Assembly (NCBI GenBank): GCA_964405285.1
Contig: CAYONK010000001.1
Location: 1-42,412, forward strand
Direction of reading: 5' to 3'
From: an uncultured Ardenticatenaceae bacterium
GTDB lineage: Bacteria; Chloroflexota; Anaerolineae; Promineifilales; Promineifilaceae
Length of the DNA stretch: 42,412 nt
The stretch's first letter is position 1; every line of letters begins with the position of its first letter. Below are positions 26,902 through 34,465 of this stretch, piece by piece. The translations under genes and the position numbers were made by a program. The notes below the pieces were generated by a model. The model was not told the origin of the DNA. It ran no database searches and saw only the letters and a list, made by a program, of their open reading frames with translations.

Positions 26902-29900
26902 TTACTCCTGGGGCAATTCAAACAGCAACAGAGAAGGTATATCTGCCGGATAGGCAACTCTTAAGAGACTGTACCCAATGCCGGCAAGGCCATTCATGAG
27001 ACCCATAGTCTCGATACCGAGCGGCGCGCCGCAAATAAGTCCTTCCTGGCAAATGGATGCTATGAGATCGTTCGCTAACTGCTGCACGTGGGCTTTTAGG
27101 TTAGCATCTGACAGTTGTTGTGCAGCCTGGAGCAAGAACTCCAGGTTGCCAGACGCGCCATGACAGAGCGAGTGGTTGTCGCCCACTCCTGTGGTGAGTG
27201 CGCTTTGCACGGCCGTTTTGATCTCCTCGCGCATTTGGGGGTCATCCATATAGCGGGTGGATGCTAAACGCGCCATTCCCACGCCGGTTATCCCATCACA
27301 CCAGGTGGCAGGCAACTTAGATCCCTCGGCAGCTAAAACAGACCGCTCATAAGCGATAGCAGAAGCGGCTGCCTGGTAAAAACGAGGTTCCCCGCTGACG
27401 TGGTGCAGTTTCAATAATGCCCAGGCAATCCCGCTCCCCCCAGTGGCAAAGCCTACGTTGTGAGAATTGTTTTGTAGATTCTTCTCTTGCCAGGATATGC
27501 CTGATGCTGAATGCTGTGCCTTGTCGAGCAGCCAATCGCCGCATTGTATTGCCGCATCTAGCACCGGTTTTGAAGGACGATGGGCATACAGGCTGGTAAG
27601 ACAAACAATCGTACCGGCCGCGCCAGAGAGGATGTCAAAATGGGTATCGCGTTGGATGAGTGAGGTAATGTGCTGCACATAATGTTCGGTGCGTGCGAGA
27701 AGGTCTTCGTCTTGCCAGAGAGTACCCAGATGCGTCAGGGTATAAATAATGCCACCCCATCCATCAAATCCGCCAATCAATTTAAGTGCGCGCTTCATGG
27801 CTAATGTTGGGTTTTCCACCCAGCCAAGCACAGAGTTGATTGTGTGCCGGGCCAGGGTGGTGTAACGGCCGTTGTCCGTCACGCGCCCCAGGTGAGCTAA
27901 AAACAAAGCGCTGCCCGGCAAACCACTGTAGAGGCTTGTGTTCCCCGCTTCCAGGAACCACTTATGTTCTTGGGCATATAGATCAACCCAGGTGGCACGA
28001 TCTCCTTCCCGGATGGCTGACGCCGCAATTCTCTCCCCTAACACGTTCGCCAACGCAAGCGGATCGGGGCGTGTACCCGGTGAGGCAAGCAGGACGGGTT
28101 TTCTCCGCACTTCGCTGGCAGACGACGACCGGACAAATGAAGCGCGCACAAACCAAACCTGCCGCTCGTAATCGGCCGCGCTCAAGTCTCGTAGCCGGTT
28201 TTTAGCCAACTCCAGCCCAGACTCTTCCAGGTAATTGGCGATGCAGTCGCCGCGGCTGCTCCATACATGCTCTGAACCGGGTTGGGTCGTGAAAAAAGGA
28301 ACATCCAATTGCCACAAATCGTTGCGTTCAAAAGGAATTAACTGTTTTAAGTGAGGCTGATCAGGCACTTCAAGCCACAATTTGTCACATGTTTTCTCGT
28401 AATTCAAGCCATCGCGCAGCTCTTGTGGTTGTAAGCATTGCCGCAATAACAGGGCATAGGTCATGCTGTTTCTGGGCACAATGCGCGTTTGATCGGTTGC
28501 AAATTGGTCTAAGGGGCTGCCGGGATGTAATAACTCGTCACGATGATCGTGCAATAACCAATACATAGCGTGAAATCCGGCAAGAACCTCGTCTATATAC
28601 GCCAGGCTGTTTATCGGTTGCCCTTGCAGGTGGGGTTGGTGATTTGTCACCCCTCCCGAAATTGGTTTGTGGGCGTACTGCATTTTGTCCGTTCCTACAT
28701 TTTCCAATACCAACGCTGTTCGTGTACTCTCGCTGGCAGCATCTCCCATGCCGCCTATGTCCAAACCGAGGCTGATTAACCTGATGTTGGGCAACAACAA
28801 CGGGTTGACTACCGAGTCGTTGATTTGTTTGTAGGCCGTGGCGATTGCGCCGTGCGCAGCCATATATGTAGGATGAAATAATGTCTCCAGATCGATCAGC
28901 ATGGGGTGTTCACCGGAAGCGATCACATTTTCATAATGAAAATCAACCCCTTTCAAAATGGTTAACAGCCCCAGATACCCTCCTTGCCTGGTGAAGAAAC
29001 GCCTGACTTCTGCTTCTGTGGCGCAAGCCTGCGCAGACACAAATTCGACCCAACCATGGCTGCTGCGATTGAGCAGCGGTAATGTTGCCAGGGGTGGGGT
29101 GAAACCTCGCGCATTGATCCAGCAAAGCAGAGATTGGAAATGCGCGTCAACGTCGAGTGGTTTGGGCTTATAGACCAACTTTTCGCCGGAGCGAAAGGTG
29201 ACGATCATGACTCTGGCGCTGCCAGCGTGGCGGTCTCCGGCATTGGCGTTGATCTGGGCTACACAATCAGAGGGATCTATCGCTGCGAAAGTATGGCAAA
29301 TGTCTTCCCAATCGCTGCATAAGCGCTGCAGGAATAGGCGTGTTGCTTGAACCCAGTTCTGCAAAAAAGTAATCAGCAAACGAGCCAGGACCGGATATTC
29401 TTGTAAGAGGGAAAGCGCCAAATCTGGTTGATGCAGACGGCCGATGAAACTTTGGAAACGAGCTTCTGGTGTTTCACCTTGTAAAAGGCCCAGCACACGT
29501 GCCGCTTGAAGTTCCAAGACCATGACCGGCGTCAATATCGCTGTTAATTCGTCTAACAAGGGGCTGAACAAGATATCTTCGATGGTGGTTTTATCAATCG
29601 GGCTGGGGAAACGGCCGTTTTGCCCAACAAGCTCGCTGACAGTTACATGAACGGCCGTTTGCGATTGCTGGATCAATGGCTTGATCAATGCGAGAAAAGT
29701 CGTATCTATCTTTGCCCGCAAAACCTGCGATAGCCCAGCATCGGCGTCAAGGTTTGTCGAAAACGCCGCCAATAACTCAGCAACCCACGCTTGCTTCGCC
29801 ACACGCCCTTGCAAAGTCACTGCCGGTTCAGCTAATAAAGAGAGCAGCCCCTCTTCTGTCAGATGGCTCTCCGCCAATCTCTGCGCAAAATACCCATCCT

Positions 29901-30096
29901 GGTCAAAAGGTCGCTGACGCTTCCATTGACCCAGGCGCTTTAGATGACGTTCAGAAGGCGCTTGTTCCACAGGTAAATTGTTATGGTCCTGATAGAGAGA
30001 ACTTGTCCGTTCAAACAGCGTTGCTGCCTGTAACCATAAGGGCGTGTCAAATTTTGCATTCAGCATGGCTAAACTCAACGGAGACAAATTTTTCAA
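26902..30096 (-). CDS. lanM: Class II lanthipeptide synthetase LanM (dehydratase + LanC-like cyclase); start uncertain (TTG 30096 or ATG 30066)
   Basis: Dehydratase motifs GDRHAGSARVMIVTFRSGEKLVYKPKPL and HYENVIASGEHPMLIDLETLF. Cyclase motifs GGSGIAWALL, WCDGITG and CHGASGNLEFLL, which carry the Zn ligands. Confidence 0.95.
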   Translation of the reverse strand: MKNLSPLSLAMLNAKFDTPLWLQAATLFERTSSLYQDHNNLPVEQAPSERHLKRLGQWKRQRPFDQDGYFAQRLAESHLTEEGLLSLLAEPAVTLQGRVAKQAWVAELLAAFSTNLDADAGLSQVLRAKIDTTFLALIKPLIQQSQTAVHVTVSELVGQNGRFPSPIDKTTIEDILFSPLLDELTAILTPVMVLELQAARVLGLLQGETPEARFQSFIGRLHQPDLALSLLQEYPVLARLLITFLQNWVQATRLFLQRLCSDWEDICHTFAAIDPSDCVAQINANAGDRHAGSARVMIVTFRSGEKLVYKPKPLDVDAHFQSLLCWINARGFTPPLATLPLLNRSSHGWVEFVSAQACATEAEVRRFFTRQGGYLGLLTILKGVDFHYENVIASGEHPMLIDLETLFHPTYMAAHGAIATAYKQINDSVVNPLLLPNIRLISLGLDIGGMGDAASESTRTALVLENVGTDKMQYAHKPISGGVTNHQPHLQGQPINSLAYIDEVLAGFHAMYWLLHDHRDELLHPGSPLDQFATDQTRIVPRNSMTYALLLRQCLQPQELRDGLNYEKTCDKLWLEVPDQPHLKQLIPFERNDLWQLDVPFFTTQPGSEHVWSSRGDCIANYLEESGLELAKNRLRDLSAADYERQVWFVRASFVRSSSASEVRRKPVLLASPGTRPDPLALANVLGERIAASAIREGDRATWVDLYAQEHKWFLEAGNTSLYSGLPGSALFLAHLGRVTDNGRYTTLARHTINSVLGWVENPTLAMKRALKLIGGFDGWGGIIYTLTHLGTLWQDEDLLARTEHYVQHITSLIQRDTHFDILSGAAGTIVCLTSLYAHRPSKPVLDAAIQCGDWLLDKAQHSASGISWQEKNLQNNSHNVGFATGGSGIAWALLKLHHVSGEPRFYQAAASAIAYERSVLAAEGSKLPATWCDGITGVGMARLASTRYMDDPQMREEIKTAVQSALTTGVGDNHSLCHGASGNLEFLLQAAQQLSDANLKAHVQQLANDLIASICQEGLICGAPLGIETMGLMNGLAGIGYSLLRVAYPADIPSLLLFELPQE

Positions 30097-30183
30097 CCTT
30101 GGGAAACGTGTCCGAGGGGATTAAGAGGGTTTCATTGTTTGCGCGGGACATCTTTTTTATATCCCAGATGCAACGCAACTATA

Positions 30184-30226
30184 CAGCCTCTCAAGACCTG
30201 ACAGGTTTTTAACGAAGCATTTGGCA
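30184..30226 (-). promoter_or_regulatory. Operator/promoter element copy A upstream of lanM (shared with 36530-36572)
   Basis: Plus strand reads CAGcCTCTCAAGACCTGACAGGTTTTTAACGAaGCaTTTGGCA, a 40/43 match to copy B. The core is the palindrome AAGACCTG-A-CAGGTTTT. On the minus strand a TATAGT -10-like hexamer follows directly (30178-30183). Confidence 0.55.
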
Positions 30227-30336
30227 GATTCGCAATCTGGTAGAAATCTGTCAGGCCAGTTATGATGCAATTGCTATTAGCGTACTGGCACGGTCATAAG
30301 ACCGTGCCAAACGAGAGAACTCTGATCGCGATGCCC

Positions 30337-30401
30337 AAATAAAAAGGGTTGCTCCCCGGTCAAATTGTAATAACGCATTCAATTTGACCGGGGAGCAACC
30401 C
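30337..30401 (-). terminator. Strong intrinsic terminator between lanA and lanM
   Basis: Minus strand reads GGGTTGCTCCCCGGTCAAATT-14 nt loop-AATTTGACCGGGGAGCAACCC-TTTTTATTT. This is a perfect 21-bp stem that begins 10 nt after the lanA stop. Confidence 0.85.
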
Positions 30402-30410
30402 TGACACAAT

Positions 30411-30620
30411 TTATCGAGTGTTAATCTTGGTGTTACCACAAGTGTTGATACAGGTCCAGGCTCCACCGGCAACTTCTTCCAACTCTTCATCCGACAATTC
30501 GGCCATGTTGTCGGGGGAAGGCGGCAAAGCAGCGAGTTGATCGGGGGATAAACTGTTGCGGAATTCCTCATCTTTCCAGGCCTGCACAATTTCTTGGGGG
30601 GTTGGGGTATATTCTGACAT
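30411..30620 (-). CDS. lanA: Lanthipeptide precursor LanA, mersacidin/lichenicidin-type leader with double-glycine site; predicted core AWTCINTCGNTKINTR
   Basis: AAGGAGA SD lies 11 nt upstream. The leader is IVQAWKDEEFRNSL...AELSDEELEEVAGG, with hydrophobic residues at -4, -7 and -12. The 16-aa core has 4 Thr and 2 Cys. Adjacent to lanM. Confidence 0.9.
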   Translation of the reverse strand: MSEYTPTPQEIVQAWKDEEFRNSLSPDQLAALPPSPDNMAELSDEELEEVAGGAWTCINTCGNTKINTR

Positions 30621-30782
30621 GACTCTTTTAGTCTCCTTATTTATGTTTTTGAATCTGAATATAGTTTCTTAACTGCTTCCTGGAACACATTTTGCAGAGA
30701 GTGTGCACATCTCCGTCTACAATTTGTATCCCCTCTATCACAATCTGCCGCGGACAGATTGAAGAACAACGCAAGAACAATC

Positions 30783-31058
30783 TTAATCAAGCGGTACAAT
30801 TGGGCGATTATGCAAAAGATAGTGCCACCACGTATCCTCAGATGGCTCGGTATCTTTTCCCCATTCAGCGTCAAGGCCAAAAACCGTGAACTTCCGATCC
30901 TCTTCCTTTTTGTACTCTTGTATCCAGCGTTGTGCATCCACAACAGACTCGAAGGCACATCCGCCACGATACTCTTCTGTACGACCTACTTTAAAGAGGG
31001 CGCCCCATACTTGTAGCTGCGCTTTGTATACTTTTTCTGGGCCGACAGTGTAGATCAC
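30783..31058 (-). CDS. Small hypothetical protein (91 aa, GTG start) directly upstream of lanA
   Basis: AAGGAA SD lies 7 nt before the GTG. Acidic, Trp-rich and cytoplasmic-looking. I recognised no family. Confidence 0.5.
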   Translation of the reverse strand: MIYTVGPEKVYKAQLQVWGALFKVGRTEEYRGGCAFESVVDAQRWIQEYKKEEDRKFTVFGLDAEWGKDTEPSEDTWWHYLLHNRPIVPLD

Positions 31059-31273
31059 GTCTTAATTCCTTATTGTTGGGTCGTGTGTTTAACTATGCTC
31101 GATCATACTGGAAGCCTGACTTGGGGACATGATGTAACAGCTATATTTTCCAGCGTGACATTGAGCCTATATAAATGTGCCATCAGTTGGAGAAGGAACA
31201 AGACTGTGGCGACATTGCTACATCACAAACGAAAGGAATAATTGCGGTAGCCTGGCGAAACTTGCGCCGGATT

Positions 31274-31301
31274 TTGACCGTGTAACCGTGTAACATAGAT
31301 T
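31274..31301 (+). promoter_or_regulatory. Candidate sigma70-type promoter of the MDR reductase gene, containing tandem CCGTGTAA CCGTGTAA
   Basis: -35 TTGACC (31274-79), 16-nt spacer, -10 TAGATT (31296-301). The spacer holds a perfect tandem 8-mer (31278-31293). The ATG lies 42 nt downstream with an AAGGATGG SD. Confidence 0.35.
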
Positions 31302-31342
31302 GCCAACTTGTACTACAGGGTAACTGGCAAAAGGATGGTGAA

Positions 31343-32449
31343 ATGAGAAATCTGGCAGTGATCAATCATGCAGAAGAATCGCTATGTGATAGCGCAAAGG
31401 AAACGGTTGAGATAGACGGCGTTCCCGTTACCTTTGGCATGATATCCACGTCTGTACCTGAGTTTAATGGAAACGCTCCTGAAAACCGGCAGCGGGTCTT
31501 GGTGAGAAAGAAGGCCTTTTCCTGTAACTACCGTGATAAAGCCTTTATCTTTGCCGCCAGCAAGCAGACCCGACCAGGGGTCTATCAACCTATTGGCTCA
31601 GAGTTTGCTGGAGAGGTGGTTGATATTGGGCGTGATGTTGTTGGATTAGCTATTGGGGATAGAGTGATTGGGAACAACCATTACTATGACAACAGTTCTC
31701 CTTTTGCCGAAGGTGTGCCCACAAATAAGGCATCCAAAGAGTACGAGGTGTTGCACTACGCTAAGCTCATCAAGATCCCGCCGCAAATGTCGGATGAGGT
31801 CGGCGCTGCGTTTAGCATCGGGGCGCAAACCGTTTATGGCATGATCCGCAAGCTCAACTTGAAGCCTGGCGAAAAAGTCCTTGTGACCTCGGCAAAATCG
31901 AATACATCTTTGTTTGCCATCAATGCCCTCCGCCAATACGATGTTGCCGTCTACGCCACCTCGACAAATGATGATTATGCTGACAGATTACAAGAGATGG
32001 GCGTACGTCAGCTATTTGTGGTGTCGCCCGAGCCTGAGGCAGGCAGCATTATGGCTGCGGCCGGAATGTTTGACTGCGTCCTTGACCCCTTTTTTGATCT
32101 CCATCTAAGCTGGGTAGTGCATTTAATGACCTATAATGCACGCTACGTTTCCTGCGGCCGTGCTGGTCAATACCATCGCATCATTGATAAACAACCGCCT
32201 GTTATAGAGAAAACGAATGCCTTGACGGATGTTCTATCCAACGTTGTGGTGAAGAATATGAAACTGATCGGAAATTGTGTGGGTGTTACGGAAGACCTGG
32301 CTCAAGCTATCGCGGATTACACGACCGGGCGCTTTGATGTTGTGATTGACTCAGTTTACTCTGGTAAACAGCTAGGTGAGTTTATCAACAGGAGTTACAA
32401 TGCCAGAGAACGGTTTGGCAAAGTGATCTATAAATATGATGGTGATTAA
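31343..32449 (+). CDS. Medium-chain dehydrogenase/reductase (quinone-oxidoreductase/enoyl-reductase-like, apparently zinc-free); LanJ-type dehydroamino-acid reductase candidate
   Basis: GSEFAGEVVDIGRDVVGLAIGDRVIG is the GroES-like MDR core, with Ser in place of the catalytic-Zn His. LKPGEKVLVTSAKSNTS occupies the position of the Gly-rich dinucleotide motif. The gene is divergent from the lanA operon. Confidence 0.7.
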   Translation: MRNLAVINHAEESLCDSAKETVEIDGVPVTFGMISTSVPEFNGNAPENRQRVLVRKKAFSCNYRDKAFIFAASKQTRPGVYQPIGSEFAGEVVDIGRDVVGLAIGDRVIGNNHYYDNSSPFAEGVPTNKASKEYEVLHYAKLIKIPPQMSDEVGAAFSIGAQTVYGMIRKLNLKPGEKVLVTSAKSNTSLFAINALRQYDVAVYATSTNDDYADRLQEMGVRQLFVVSPEPEAGSIMAAAGMFDCVLDPFFDLHLSWVVHLMTYNARYVSCGRAGQYHRIIDKQPPVIEKTNALTDVLSNVVVKNMKLIGNCVGVTEDLAQAIADYTTGRFDVVIDSVYSGKQLGEFINRSYNARERFGKVIYKYDGD

Positions 32450-32510
32450 CCAAGCGGTAACACAGGCGAAGAACCTGTGTTACCCTGGCTACATATTAGT
32501 TATCGCCTGA

Positions 32511-33611
32511 TTAAACACTTTGTAGGGCAGACTTGGCGGGTGGTAACCAGCTCTTGTTGATACATAAATAAGCTTTTGTCTCGTAAGAGGAGTTTGGGTG
32601 GATGACCACCTTAATATGGTTGATGCACCTGACAAGCACATTGCGGGAATATGGGCCGTCCACAAAATACCCCTCTTGTTCTTGGGGCAGAAGGTTATAT
32701 TGACCACCATACCACATCAGCAACGCTTCTCTTTTATTTGGCATACATTGCCCCATCTTGACGAGATGTTCTAGCAACAGAGGCCAACGCGCTTCTTTTC
32801 TGGGGTTGTGTTCAGTCAGGTAGCATTCAATCCCAATTTTAGGGGAAATCTCGCCATTGATAACGTCTAATTGAAAAGCGATTCGATCTAAGAACGGGTC
32901 TATTTCGTGCAAGAAAGTGTGGATAGTGTCATAACAACCGGGCCATCCCACATCTTTCAAATAGGGGATGACTTGTTCTGGTGTTATATCGGCCACGCAT
33001 AGCTTGATGGGCACGGAATCTCTACACAGCATTGCCCCTACAGAAAACATATAAGAATGTTCTGGTAACGAGTTGAAGCAAGTGTCTATCTTGTGCGCAA
33101 GCAAGGGGGATAAAGGTGCTGCGAGCAATATCTCCAAAGCGACTTTGGTGGCTTGATGATGCCTTGATCTGAGTGTCTGCAGCTCGGTTGTACCGGGTTT
33201 CTTTTCATACGTGACAAATAATCCAGGGATTGGGATGTGCGGGGGAGGGCCATCCACATCAAACTCAAGCCAAATGTCAGCCACCTCCATATTTAGAAGT
33301 TCTACCTGTTCCCACTGCGCGCAGAAATCTTGCACACGCTGCCAAGCATGGCTGTCGAGTACCCCTTGGTTGGGCAGTAGATAGTTCGGGTTGCTGTTGG
33401 TGAGGAAAGTACGAGAACCATCGTGCGCTAGAAACTGTGGAATAAAATCAACAGAATCTGACTTGCCTAAACGACATTCTAAAACCAAACTGGATGCAGG
33501 GGGTAAAATTTTAGCTATTGTTTTGAGGCGCGCCAAAGCTGTGGGAGAAACCAATTCAGGACTCATCCGGGATTGGGTAACTTCTAAGTACCGAGTAGGT
33601 GAATATATCAT
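32511..33611 (-). CDS. Hypothetical protein (366 aa), no recognised family
   Basis: Long ORF with ordinary-looking composition. No signal peptide or TM segment. It shows five spaced strand-like motifs (see findings). Confidence 0.6.
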   Translation of the reverse strand: MIYSPTRYLEVTQSRMSPELVSPTALARLKTIAKILPPASSLVLECRLGKSDSVDFIPQFLAHDGSRTFLTNSNPNYLLPNQGVLDSHAWQRVQDFCAQWEQVELLNMEVADIWLEFDVDGPPPHIPIPGLFVTYEKKPGTTELQTLRSRHHQATKVALEILLAAPLSPLLAHKIDTCFNSLPEHSYMFSVGAMLCRDSVPIKLCVADITPEQVIPYLKDVGWPGCYDTIHTFLHEIDPFLDRIAFQLDVINGEISPKIGIECYLTEHNPRKEARWPLLLEHLVKMGQCMPNKREALLMWYGGQYNLLPQEQEGYFVDGPYSRNVLVRCINHIKVVIHPNSSYETKAYLCINKSWLPPAKSALQSV

Positions 33612-33680
33612 CCTGAACCCCCTTATGTTAACTATGATCGGTTTCTAACTGTGTAGCTTTTGGTTTTTTGTTGTATAGCA

Positions 33681-34451
33681 TCAGGCAAGGACGAGTTCGG
33701 GGCTGTTAAGCAGCAGCCGCGCGACGACGCTCTTTAACCCTTCGGTGAACGGGTGGTCGGGATAGTTTAGGCAGAACAAGGCGGCGCTGCCGTTTTCGGC
33801 GATGTCTATGGATAGGGGCAGCAGGGCCGCCACGTCGCAATGGTAGGCATGCTCAACTTGTTCTTGTACCTTGTCAAAGTTGTATTCTGGGGGAACTTTG
33901 TTCACAACCAGGCTAATCTCTGGCACACGCAGGCGACGGGCGACGTCTACTGTGACGCTGGTTCCCTGGAAATCTTGCTGGTCGGGGCGGAGAATGATGA
34001 CCAGGCTGTCGGAGATGGCGATGGAGAGCAGGGTTTCTTCGTTCAGGCCAGGATGGGTGTCAATGAGCAAATAATCTAACGATAAAGCGGCGATCAAATC
34101 CCTGAAGGCGCTGTGCATATCGCTCGCATCGTATTTTTCCCGCAAGATACGGGCGATGTCGTTGGGATCGAGGCTGGAAGGGACAAGGTGGACTTCGCCA
34201 CCCTGTTCTGACTCATATACTTTGTAGGCGGCGTCTTCGATGGCGCATTTGCCCCAGAGAAAGTCATTGAGTGTGTGGACAACGGCCGTTTCCGCCAGCT
34301 CGAAAATGACGTGAATCCCAGGAGATTGAATATCTGTGTCAAACACGCCAACCCGGTAGCCTTCTTGAGCCAATAGCGCGGCCAGGTTTGCCGTTACGTT
34401 CGATTTACCCGTGCCACCACGAAAAGAATGTGTCGAAATAATCTTGGTCAT
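33681..34451 (-). CDS. MinD/ParA-family (SIMIBI) P-loop ATPase
   Basis: Deviant Walker A FRGGTGKSNVTANLAALLAQEGYRVGVFDTDIQSPG and Walker B YLLIDTHPG. Starts 14 nt after the upstream gene's stop. Confidence 0.85.
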   Translation of the reverse strand: MTKIISTHSFRGGTGKSNVTANLAALLAQEGYRVGVFDTDIQSPGIHVIFELAETAVVHTLNDFLWGKCAIEDAAYKVYESEQGGEVHLVPSSLDPNDIARILREKYDASDMHSAFRDLIAALSLDYLLIDTHPGLNEETLLSIAISDSLVIILRPDQQDFQGTSVTVDVARRLRVPEISLVVNKVPPEYNFDKVQEQVEHAYHCDVAALLPLSIDIAENGSAALFCLNYPDHPFTEGLKSVVARLLLNSPELVLA

Positions 34452-34465
34452 CGGTTATCTCCCTC

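Noticed and set aside
30260-30589. 109-aa minus-strand ORF overlapping lanA
   Set aside because: It is in a different frame from the 69-aa ORF, which has an SD, a recognisable lantibiotic leader and a GG site. It would also have to read through the 21-bp terminator hairpin.
31183-31365. 60-aa minus-strand ORF in the divergent promoter region, considered as a possible second precursor peptide
   Set aside because: It has no SD, overlaps the start of the MDR gene, is Cys/Ser-poor at the C-terminus, and has no leader-like motif or GG site.
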